DNA of 64,000 nucleotides from Nemertoderma westbladi (taxonomy: Eukaryota > Animalia > Xenacoelomorpha). The notes beneath the pieces are model-generated. The model saw only the letters and a list, made by a program, of their open reading frames with translations. It was not told the origin of the DNA and made no database searches. Positions within the stretch are counted from its first letter, which is position 1. Each line of letters opens with the position of its first letter. Made by a program: the position numbers and the translations under genes. Below are positions 40,601-51,049 of this stretch, piece after piece. Location of the stretch: NCBI GenBank assembly GCA_032718475.1, contig JAUCBJ010006677.1, forward strand, positions 1 to 64,000. Direction: 5' to 3'.

Positions 40601-41163
40601 CGTAAGGGAAAGGCATGGGCAGCCTTGAATAGGCTTTCCAGGATTTGGAAGTCACCTAGAATAAATCGGAAACTTAAGGTCCGATTATTTAGAGCAGCAG
40701 TAGTTCCAGTACTCCTCTACGGGAGTCCATGCTGGGCTCTAACTGCTGAGGAAACCAAATCTCTGGATGGCACATTCACAAGAATGCTACGCCGGGTTCA
40801 TTGTGTCAAGTACAATGCACACATCTCCAACCAGACACTATATAACATTGGAGGTGTCTCATTGGTTCCCCCAAGCTTGACACTAGAACAAAATCGCCTC
40901 CGCTTTGCAGGACATTGCTTTCGCCGTGAGGACCAGCCAGTGCATAATCTTGTACTTTGGCAGCCTCATGGAGTGAATAAGCATGGTGGACAGCCCATGA
41001 CTTTCTTGAGACGCATCTTAAAGGACACTGGCCTTAAAGATGCGGATGATCTAGCAAATGTCATGGGTGATAGGGAGTTGTGGCGGTGCAATTTTGTTGA
41101 CAAGCCGGCACAGCATTCTTAAAAATGCAGCTGCAATGCAGCATGCCGATCCTAGTAGTAGTA
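37696..41163 (+). mobile_element. RTE-clade LINE family A, near full length
   Basis: TSD GTAACATACAA at 37685-37695 and 41164-41174. An 11-nt 5' filler GGCATACATAC precedes the element, which ends in a short 3' UTR and a (TAG)n tail. Confidence 0.95.
37805..41122 (+). CDS. RTE ORF: AP endonuclease plus reverse transcriptase, uninterrupted (likely ATG at 37895)
   Basis: APE motifs GVQEHR, GDFNA, QIDHIL and SDH. RT motifs QNGFRKGR, FVDFFKAFDSV, GVLQGDTLAP, DFADD, YLGS and RLRFAGHCFR. Confidence 0.93.
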   Translation: MRHPPCGMANQGVVFAPRADSAKKHPPTPTMDYISNAEVRPLEASGITGHNRPHRRQLTPDRLPVSPPTGERAANNSLSPFPDDLSGPNPGSPGRPDSDGERDSGVGGYSHVPPRPTKPLVNLRQVTRLASVNTLTLGSPMRQGELTALADKLSLSAVGVQEHRMQTGQTDEVLIKDMGGGWRLALASADDSGNGGIGLLMNPTAHAALDKIDQISNRIIRCHFSCSGRLAKKFPKVVLIVCYSPTSVAPVEEVENFYHNLQAATDGVDQHAFLTFLGDFNASLHQSPTSPWVYSNSVNRNYVHLQDFISGNGLFSAGTQFKKRTGKLWTHSGPSGHKSQIDHILFRRKYRSSIQDCNAFTLRPFSSDHRLIVAKVRLSLRASRTTKSALPRHDWSSLLQQPSVRSSFTLQLSNRYEALASEAADHCEGYTAFTEAVKLAAAETVPVYPRNRKRAPWTDNKIQKCRNDLHKAQKESRLKQTTAAKNAVKAASRSLNRQYSVNLQELINQQVDAINDADDSRQSSQAWKSINLLTGRKSQPTTKVKAESPADRLNGWKAHFEKLLNNDRVLPDNFIEVKVSESVLPDIPIGDISFAEVKAAAKSIKTNRASGVDGVPPEVFKIPECLKLIYPIIVDMYRTTRVPQEMKTNKLVPVPKKGNLTLYGSFRGISLISIAAKLYNRILLNRIRDPIERLLRGNQNGFRKGRGTMEPILALRRIIEELSKKKDRHLAVIFVDFFKAFDSVSRSRMFSILSLYGIPDEIIAAIRSVYDGSTTFVSTVDGDTEPFEVLWGVLQGDTLAPFLFIIVVDYVLRMSLDHHNDDGVMITPPTGSRSRGNPAKYLTDLDFADDLGVLSESLEGAQRLLSSLEHAASSVGLFINSRKTKILTVNFESPQQVSDRMSISSKDGMLEHVDDFCYLGSWIRKSGEDLRIRKGKAWAALNRLSRIWKSPRINRKLKVRLFRAAVVPVLLYGSPCWALTAEETKSLDGTFTRMLRRVHCVKYNAHISNQTLYNIGGVSLVPPSLTLEQNRLRFAGHCFRREDQPVHNLVLWQPHGVNKHGGQPMTFLRRILKDTGLKDADDLANVMGDRELWRCNFVDKPAQHS

Positions 41164-41555
41164 GTAACATACAATATAGGAACGAAGTGAATGCTGTAAC
41201 ATACAATATAGGAACGAAGTGAATGCTGTAACATACAATATAGGAACGAAGTCAATGCTGTAACATACAATATAGGAACGAAGTGAATGCTGTAATATAC
41301 AATATAGGAATGAAGTGAATGCTGTAATATACAATATAGGAACGAAGTGAATGCTGTAATATACAATATAGGAACGAAGTGAACGCTGTAACATACAATA
41401 TAGGAACGAAGTGAATGCTGTAACATACAATATAGGAACAAAGTGAATGCTGTAACATACAATATATGAACGAAGTGAACGCTGTAATATACAATATAGG
41501 AACGAAGTGAACGCTGTAACATACAATATAGGAATGAAGTGAATGCTGTAACATA
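41164..41555. repeat. 32-bp satellite, block 3 (~12 monomers)
   Basis: Same monomer; 41169 to 41521 = 11 x 32. Confidence 0.98.
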
Positions 41556-41686
41556 TTACACAAAAGCTAATTTATACAAACTGAACTACAAACTGTGAAC
41601 ATAGCCTACTTGTACATTATTGGCCAGTTGTTTAACATTTATACCATTTATAAATATCATTATTATCAATTTATTGTTTATTGCAG

Positions 41687-41887
41687 GTGAGTGTTATGAA
41701 AACAATGACTCCGAACGATGCTGATGTATGTGCGGTTATAGGTGACCCCAACTATGCGAGGTCTTACACTAAACGCGGTTTGAGGTATACTGTCGACTGT
41801 CATCATATGATTGGCCAATATCTCGCGCTGTCTGTAGATGCTGATGGAGGAATACTGACATTCTGTGAGGTGGTGGTTAACGCTTGA
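41687..41887 (+). CDS. Host terminal coding exon: C-terminal part of the F-type lectin domain
   Basis: T-rich acceptor TTTATTGCAG ends at 41686. The exon reads VSVMKT..DVC..TVDCHHMIGQYLALS..ILTFCEVVVNA*, matching the FTLD C-terminus C..M.G.YV....L.LCEVEV. Phase 0 is compatible with exon 4681-4947. Confidence 0.8.
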   Translation: MSVMKTMTPNDADVCAVIGDPNYARSYTKRGLRYTVDCHHMIGQYLALSVDADGGILTFCEVVVNA

Positions 41888-41956
41888 TATTTAGTATAGG
41901 CCTAATAGTACAAACAATTTCGGAATCGAATCAAAAGCTGTGCATAATGTATAATA

Positions 41957-42514
41957 GGGTTGGTGGGCGAAAAATTTTTTGGGCTAGAAACCATTGAATA
42001 AGGGGTAGCAAGGTGCCCTGAATCGAGTGGTAGGGTGTTTTTTTTTGTAAAAACGCGAGGAATCGGTTGATATGGCGGGTTTAAGTAAGCGCTGAACCCA
42101 ATTTTGAAAATCGACTGTAATTGGCTCTTACAGATATGACGTCACAAGTACATGCTGCCTTTAAAGTTAACCTTTAAATAGAAACGGCTATATCAAGTAT
42201 ATGGATAGATATATATCTGTAATTACTGTATCTATAATCTGTAATTGCAAACAGCATTTTATCAACGTTCCTCTTCATGAATTTAATAATTAATGTCATC
42301 AAAGTAATAATTAATTAATAATTAGTGTCAAAAGACGCACAGTAGTCTCCGCTTTTAAATTATATAAACGAGGTGAAAAATAACTGAGACTGACTTTAAT
42401 GTGTATTTGAATGCATCGAAAATTACTCCATAGAATGCACGGTTCTTATTTAAACCCGCCAATTCGACCGTTTGTTTCCGCGATCTGCCCAACAATTTTT
42501 TCCCTCACCACCCG
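41957..42514. mobile_element. MITE with imperfect terminal and subterminal inverted repeats
   Basis: Left end GGGTTGGTGGGCGAAAAATTTTTTGGGC versus right-end reverse complement CGGGTGGTGAGGGAAAAAATTGTTGGGC, both flanked by TA. An inner pair GGCGGGTTTAAGTAA (~42074) and TTATTTAAACCCGCC (~42446) is also present. Confidence 0.65.
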
Positions 42515-42559
42515 TATTGGATATTAGAATAAATGCACTACAATAATTGTATATGTAGA

Positions 42560-43290
42560 ATTGGATACCGTATTATTGGATACCGTATTATTGGATACCG
42601 TATTATTGGATACCGTATTATTGGATACCGTATTATTGGATACCGTATTATTGGATACCGTATTATTGGATACCGTATTATTGGATACCGTATTATTGGA
42701 TACCGTATTATTGGATACCGTATTATTGGATACCGTATTATTGGATACCGTATTATTGGATACCGTATTATTGGATACCGTATTATTGGATACCGTATTA
42801 TTGGATACCGTATTATTGGATACCGTATTATTGGATACCGTATTATTGGATACCGTATTATTGGATACCGTATTATTGGATACCGTATTATTGGATACCG
42901 TATTATTGGATACCGTATTATTGGATACCGTATTATTGGATACCGTATTATTGGATACCGTATTATTGGATACCGTATTATTGGATACCGTATTATTGGA
43001 TACCGTATTATTGGATACCGTATTATTGGATACCGTATTATTGGATACCGTATTATTGGATACCGTATTATTGGATACCGTATTATTGGATACCGTATTA
43101 TTGGATACCGTATTATTGGATACCGTATTATTGGATACCGTATTATTGGATACCGTATTATTGGATACCGTATTATTGGATACCGTATTATTGGATACCG
43201 TATTATTGGATACCGTATTATTGGATACCGTATTATTGGATACCGTATTATTGGATACCGTATTATTGGATACCGTATTATTGGATACCG
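42560..43290. repeat. Perfect 15-bp tandem array (TTGGATACCGTATTA)n, ~49 copies
   Basis: Consecutive 60-nt lines are identical and no variant was seen. Confidence 0.99.
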
Positions 43291-43385
43291 CATTGCGATG
43301 AACCACTTGTTGTTAAATTGTGTCGATTTCTTCCATCTTTATAAATAATGTCTATTGAATGAATAATACGGATCTAATTAATTAA

Positions 43386-43406
43386 TGGGGGGGGGGGGGG
43401 GGGGGG
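43386..43406 (+). repeat. Poly-G run (~21 nt)
   Basis: Directly visible; the length may be unreliable in an assembly. Confidence 0.85.
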
Positions 43407-44520
43407 TACCCCCTCCAATGACACTCCAGAATAACTTAATTATTAATAATTTATGGCTCGCTGTCAATTAAGGTTGGCACAAAAAAGGTAAATAAGGATA
43501 AAAAATTCATACTTTTTGAAGAAAAAATAAATGTTTACAAAATAAATATATCATTAACCACAGAAAAACAGCAAACGCTAGCGTTAATAATAAAGTCGCA
43601 TAATAAGGGCGCATAATAAATTGGCAGAAATTTATTTAAATTTATTTAAATTAAGTAATATTTTAAAAATCACTTTTAAGGAATTTGAGCATTTTGTTAG
43701 TAATAATTTTGAGAGAATCAAAAACTAATTAGGCATTAATTCAATGTTTTAGGTAAATTATATATTATTTGGGTTAATCGAAATGTTTCTGTGTGAAAAC
43801 TGTATAAACAATTTGGGAAGATTTGGGATTTGTCAATTCAATTTGTTTTAATGCTTTTAACTTTCCACCGTGTTTCTATTCAATGCAATTTCATTTTTGC
43901 CGCATCAAAATTTCCAGAAGCGAACAAATTTGAAAAAATAAAACAACAAAAAATTTAGTAACACAGAACACACAACACTATGAGTTAATCTTGTTTGCAT
44001 ACTCCAAAGAATGATCTGCAATTCATTCCGCACAATATAATGCATATATGACAATTATGTTGTCTTCAATAGTTATAGCTTTTCTACATTATACATTCCC
44101 ATGGCTTCCCCTACGTTCAGGGACATGGAATAAATAGAGTAGAGTAGTTAATCACCACAGGTACTAATCTGCCTTCTAAGAGATAGGCTACTCAGAGAAT
44201 TCCTTATATCATCTACGCAGTTGTTCTGTATATTCATTCCCACTCATATGTATATGAACTAAGTCTTTAATCAATACTTTACATAACTGCTGTAACTGCA
44301 ATGTAAGTTCCTTTACAAAACATTGCTGCAAATGTGTTAATGGTAATGGCTTTATTTAATGTAATATTTTATGACTGTAGTTTATCAAATATTTATTTTC
44401 GTGCGTGCGATATATTTCAATGGGTCGCAAGCCACATACAATCATAAATAACTATTTACATAAATCATAGGTTACAATATTTAATTTAATTAATAAATTA
44501 TATCGATTTACAAACCGATA

Positions 44521-46682
44521 CTACTACTACTAGGATCGGCATGCTGCATTGCAGCTGCATTTTTAAGAATGCTGTGCCGGCTTATCGACAAAATTGCACC
44601 GCCACAACTCCCTATCACCCATGACATTTGCTAGATTATCCGCATCTTCAAGGCCAGTGTCCTTTAAGATGCGTCTCAAGAAAGTCATTGGCTGTCCACC
44701 ATGCTTATTCACTCCATGAGGCTGCCAAAGTACAAGATTATGTACTGGTTGGTCCTCACGGCGAAAGCAATGTCCTGCAAAGCGGAGGCGATTTTGTTCT
44801 AGTGTCAAGCTTGGGGGAACCAATGAGACACCTCCAATGTTATATAGTGTCTGGTTGGAGATGTGTGCATTGTACTTGACACAGTGAACCTGGCGTACCA
44901 TTCTTGTGAATTTGCCATCCAGAGATTTGGTGTCCTCAGCAGTTAGAGCCCAGCATGGACTCCCATAGAGGAGTACTGGAACTACTGCTGCTCTAAATAA
45001 TCGGACCTTAAGTTTCCGATTAATTCTCGGTGACTTCCAAATCCTGGAAAGCCTATTCAAGGCTGCCCATGCTTTTCCCTTACGTATTCGAAGGTCCTCA
45101 CCTGACTTCTGGATCCATGATCCCAGGTAACAGAAGTCGTCCACATGCTCAAGCATACCATCTTTTGAGCTTATGCTCATCCGATCAGAGACTTGCTGAG
45201 GACTTTCAAAGTTAACTGTCAAAATGTTGGTCTTTCTGGAGTTAATAAAAAGACCAACACTAGAAGCAGCATGTTCTAATGAGTTGAGGAGCCGTTGGGC
45301 TCCCTTTAGTGATTCTGAGAGTACTCCTAAGTCACCAGCAAAGTCTAGATCAGTTAGGTACTTGGCAGGGTTTCCTCGACTTCTGGAGCAGTAGGTGGAG
45401 TTATCATCACCCCATCATCATTATGATGATCTAAGGACATGCGTAAAACATAGTCAACCACAATTATGAACAAGAATGGTGCAAGTGTGTCTCCCTGGAG
45501 GACGCCCCATAACACTTCAAATGGTTCTGTGTCACCGTCAACAGTAGACACAAATGTTGTCGAACCATCGTATACTGATCTGATTGCTGCAATAATTTCA
45601 TCAGGAATCCCATATAATGAAAGTATGATGAACATACGAGAGCGATAGACTGAATCAAAGGCCTTGAAGAAGTCAACAAAGATAACAGCCAGATGCCTGT
45701 CTTTCTTTTTTGATAACTCTTCAATTATCCTTCTAAGTGCCAAAATGGGATCCATGGTCCCACGACCTTTACGGAACCCATTCTGATTTCCACGGAGCAG
45801 TCTCTCAATGGGATCCCTGATGCGATTTAATAGAATTCTATTGTATAGCTTTGCAGCAATCGAGATCAATGAGATTCGCCGAAAAGAACCATAGAGTGTT
45901 AGGTTGCCCTTCTTGGGAACTGGCCCCAACTTATTTGTTTTCATTTCTTGTGGGACTCTTGTTATACGGTACATGTCTACTATGATGGGATAGATGAGCT
46001 TTAAACACTCAGGTATTTTAAAGACCTCAGGGGGAACACCATCTACTCCACTGGCACGATTGGTCTTAATATGTGCTTAAAAATATGATTGCCTGCTGTC
46101 GTCAGCAACATTGATGGCATCAACCTGTTGGTTTATTAGCTCCTGTAGATTAACAGAGTACTGCCTGTTCAGGGACCTAGATGCAGCCTTAACTGCATTC
46201 TTGGCCGCTGTAGTCTGTTTGAGTCGGGACTCTTTCTGCGCCTTATATAGGTCATTTCGGCACTTCTGGATTTTGTTGTCAGTCCAGGGGGCCCTTTTCC
46301 TGTTTCGAGGGTATACAGGAACTGTTTCTGCAGCTGCTAACTTAACTGCTTCTGTGAAGGCAGTATAGCCCTCACATTGATCTGCCACCTCAGAGGCAAG
46401 AACCTCATACCTGTTGCTCAGCTGTAGTGTGAAGCTGGATCTCACACTTGGCTGTTGCAACAGAGAGGACCAGTCATGCCGCGGCAAGGCAGATTTCGTT
46501 GTTCTGCTAGCACGCAGACTAAGTCTTACCTTGGCCACAATAAGGCGGTGATCACTGGAGAATGGTCGAAGTGTAAATGCATTACAGTCTTGTATAGAGC
46601 TCCTGTACTTCCTACGAAACAGAATATGGTCTTTCTGGTACTTGTGACCACTGGGTCCACTATGAGTCCATAGCTTTCCAGT
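44521..46682 (-). mobile_element. 5'-truncated RTE family A copy with an internal deletion and frameshift
   Basis: Reverse complement of ~38775-41160 with an 18-bp TSD TCGATTTACAAACCGATA (44503-44520 / 46683-46700) and a (CTA)n tail at 44521. It lacks the segment equivalent to 39375-39613, which is replaced by a 14-nt filler at 46071-46084. Confidence 0.95.
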
Positions 46683-47230
46683 TCGATTTACAAACCGATA
46701 AATATTTGTAGATAAGTGTATTATTGGGTTTGGTCACATGGTCAGGCCCACTGTTATAATTAAAACTGTTTATGTAACCCTAACCAACAGTTATACCTAA
46801 ATTAAGCTTTTTTGGGGAATTCCAGACATTACGCCAATATCTGTACGTGAATTGTGGATTGATCCGGAACGTACGTTAGCCCGTTCCGGATTTGTGGGAC
46901 TTCCAGGCTCAGCCAGCCAATATTAATAGTCAATACGCATCATTCATAGCCCATGTGTATTCTAAAATTTACCTTCGATATCTGACGTAAAATAAATAAA
47001 TGTTTTTGTTGTTATTATTCGAGAACTAGTGTTTGATTTTTGCTTGAATTTATATATATTAGGGTATATGTTGTTGTTTTTACTGAAGATCGTTAATTAA
47101 TTTGTTTTTTAGTTTTCGTCAGGTATATAGGGGTCCACCGTGACTTTGGGTCATCACGCATTTGTATTTGCTTAAACTTTAGTCGGACCTTAGAGTAATC
47201 AAATGTACGGCCTTAGAGTAATCCAATCGT

Positions 47231-48907
47231 TGCGCCAAGGATACAGGTTTGTACTTTGCATTAGTGCCTGTATAGACTGCGTCAAGGATAGAGGTTTGTA
47301 CTTTGCATTAGTGCCTGTAGACTGCGTCAAGGATACAGGTTTGTACTTTGCATTAGTGCCTGTATAGACTGCGTCAAGGATACAGGTTTGTACTTTGCAT
47401 TAGTGCCTGTATAGACTGCGTCAAGGATAGAGGTTTGTACTTTGCATTAGTGCCTGTATAGACTGCGTCAATGATAGAGGTTTGTACTTTGCATTAGTGC
47501 CTGTATAGACTGCGTCAGGGATACAGGTTTGTACTTTGCATTAGTGCCTGTATAGACTGCGCCACGGATACAGGTTTTTACTTTGCATTAGTGCCTGTAT
47601 AGACTGCGTCAAGGATAGAGGTTTGTACTTTGCATTAGTGCCTGTATAGACTGCGCCAAGGATACAGGTTTGTACTTTGCATTAGTGCCTGTATAGACTG
47701 CGCCAAGGATACAGGTTTGTACTTTGCAGTTGTGCCTGTATAGACTGTGCCAAGGATACAGGTTTGTACTTTGCATTAGTGCCTGTATAGACTGCGTCAA
47801 GGATACAGGTTTGTACTTTGCATTAGTGCCTGTATAGACTGTGCCAAGGATACAGGTTTGTACTTTGCATTAGTGCCTGTATAGACTGCGCCAAGGATAC
47901 AGGTTTGTACTTTGCATTAGTGCCTGTATAGACTGCGTCAAGGATACAGATTTGTACTTTGCATTAGTGCCTGTATAGACTGCACCAAGGATATAGGTTT
48001 GTACTTTGCATTAGTGCCTGTATAGACTGCGCCACGGATACAGGTTTGTACTTTGCATTAGTGCCTGTATAGACTGCGCCAAGGATACAGGTTTGTACTT
48101 TGCATTAGTGCCTGTATAGACTGCGTCAAGGATACAGGTTTGTACTTTGCATTAGTGCCTGTATAGACTGCGTCAAGGATAGAGGTTTGTACTTTGCATT
48201 AGTGCCTGTATAGACTGCGTCAAGGATAGAGGTTTGTACTTTGCATTAGTGCCTGTATAGACTGCGTCAAGGATAGAGGTTTGTACTTTGCATTAGTGCC
48301 TGTATAGACTGCGCCAAGGATACAGGTTTGTACTTTGCATTAGTGCCTGTATAGACTGCGTCAAGGATAGAGGTTTGTACTTTGCATTAGTGCCTGTATA
48401 GACTGCGTCAAGGATAGAGGTTTGTACTTTGCATTAGTGCCTGTATAGACTGCGCCAAGGATACAGGTTTGTACTTTGCATTAGTGCCTGTATAGACTGC
48501 GCCAAGGATACAGGTTTGTACTTTGCATTAGTGCCTGTATAGACTGCGTCAAGGATACAGGTTTGTACTTTGCATTAGTGCCTGTATAGACTGCGTCAAG
48601 GATACAGGTTTGTACTTTGCATTAGTGCCTGTATAGACTGCGCCAAGGATACAGGTTTGTACTTTGCATTAGTGCCTGTATAGACTGCGCCAAGGATACA
48701 GGTTTGTACTTTGCATTAGTGCCTGTATAGACTGCGTCAAGGATACAGGTTTGTACTTTGCAGTAGTGCCTGTATAGACTGCGTCAAGGATACAGATTTG
48801 TACTTTGCATTAGTGCCTGTATAGACTGCGCCAAGGATACAGGTTTGTACTTTGCATTAGTGCCTGTATAGACTGCGTCAAGGATACAGGTTTGTACTTT
48901 GCATTAG
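47231..48907. repeat. 47-bp satellite, block 1 (~35 monomers)
   Basis: Consensus AGGATACAGGTTTGTACTTTGCATTAGTGCCTGTATAGACTGCGYCA. Confidence 0.98.
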
Positions 48908-51049
48908 TGTCAAAATCGGTGACTGTTAGACAGTTAATAAAGAACCTGACACCCGACTTTCTCGGTACGACGTGACTGACAGGTCGAATTCCGGGGTGGA
49001 TAGGGGACATTCGCACACTTATTTTAAACTATCTTACACAAAAGGGTCAGAAGGGGGCAGCTTATGGCTTTACGGTAGAGCTACAAGACACCAAGCAGGG
49101 TAAACCTATTAATGTGGTTTGAAACTCACTTTGTTTGTTTAACTGGTCTCCGCTGTGTAGCACCGTTCACAATAATAACCAACACAAACAGGCCCGACAA
49201 TCAGTACGATTGAGGGTGTACTTTATATCATAATATAATGATCCCAGAAACCCAATAGGTGGGTTATCAGTATCGTGAAAGATAACACGTTAAAGGAAAG
49301 TATGGCTCCCTAAGCCGTTATGTCAGGCGAATAGGCAAGGCCGAATGAAATATAGTTTGTTGAGCTATCGGTGGTTGCCGTTGGGGCCAAGGGGGGCCAC
49401 CAACCATCCAGACGCACCGACCGTGACCGCGGCCGGATAACTCACGCGGACGGTAAACTGCTCGGTTGAGGAAAAGCACCAGGCAAGACTGGGTCGCCTC
49501 GTACAGCACAGCGAGTACTAGGTAGCCACTGACTGAATATAAATATGAAATATATCTAAATAAATCTAAATAAATAAATATATCTAAATATAAATAAGTT
49601 CAAATATGTTTAGTACGGTATTATCAATGTAGAGGTACAACCTGACTACATGAAAGCAACACTATTACATGAAAGCTGAGGTACCACCTGACCGCAATAA
49701 TTCCTTAACTAACGTTACAAGGCATTCAATGGTAGGGCCAGAACAGCTGATCATAACTATTAGCACCTTGTACTGTACCAATAGAAAGTAGGAAATGTGG
49801 GAGCTACTATCTACAGAGATTGGCAGTCAATTATTATCAGATAATAAACAAAGTAATCAGGGCGAGGCCCATTATTACCATCCCAGTTTAACACCGCTCC
49901 CTGGGATACGACGCGAGGTAGCATCCCATAGTCAGGGAAGATGGACTCGCACTGGACTTCAGTGGAGTAAGTGGTATAGCGAAATAACTCAAAACTAAAA
50001 ATAACTACAAAGCACAAAATTTATATCTCAAAAAATTATATCTCCTAGAAAGGGCAAAAGGAGCTACACAGCGGAAAAAGCCCTATTCTATTTCAAGTGT
50101 TGAATAAGATTCGCATAAATTTTACAAATTGCACAATCAGAACACAGTACGGTGTATGTAATATATATATATATGAATAATTGGAGTACTGATTCGGTTT
50201 TGAAGGCAATGCTTCCTGAGCCACCTGTGTATTGGTACGACTATCGATCAGGCAAACACACTGACTACCATCCTGAATGCAAAGTAGTAGATCCAGAATC
50301 GTCCAAGCAACCAACGGATCCCAGGGGTTGAGAAGTGGAGTTGATGTAAGCAGTGGTGGATCCACAACATCATCAGCAGTGAGATCCTCAGAATGTTTCT
50401 TCGGTTTTCATATCCAGATTTCTTGGAGAAATCAGACCACAATGGCGCAGATACAGATGGAAACTCGTGTTAGATAGTGATCCAAAACATATCTAAATGA
50501 GACGCACGAGAATGTGAGACTTGAAGCTATTGTATATCAGAGGGTAGCCTCGCATCATTTCTCCCCAACATCGCCAACACTGAATCGGATCTCTCAGATT
50601 AATCGAAGCCTGAAGCATCAGCCATATTGTGTTCAGTACTAATAAGCTTATGCCGTTATGACAAAGTGAGCTGGATTACCTATGAGGTTCAAAATTGCTT
50701 GGTGTCTTTTACTAATACTAAGTTTTAATTACAGATGGCAAGTTCCAAAGCAAATATAAGAACATATTCAAGCCCTTATACATTGCAATGTGACATTTTT
50801 TTTTTTTTTCTTTAATGCATACCCCGTGTTTCTTTACAAACAGAGAAATGGCAGAAGTAAAACTCGGTCTGTCATCAGTCAAGTAATAATTTCGATTCCG
50901 CTCCCAAAATTCACTAAGGGGTAATTTTTAAGTCTAGGTAATTATTTGCATACCCATATATACGTAGTACAAACACACACATACACCCACTAACACATAA
51001 TTAACATACATCATACATACTTGTAATGTAAAGCTATGTAGAAGACAGT

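Noticed and set aside
5138-41555. CRISPR-like appearance of a 32-bp repeat
   Set aside because: Monomers are head-to-tail with no unique spacers, there are no cas genes, and the context is eukaryotic.
42524-43348. ORFs of (NNTVS)n, (IIGYR)n, (RYPII)n and (DTVLL)n
   Set aside because: These are translations of a perfect 15-bp array open in several frames, with no synonymous variation.
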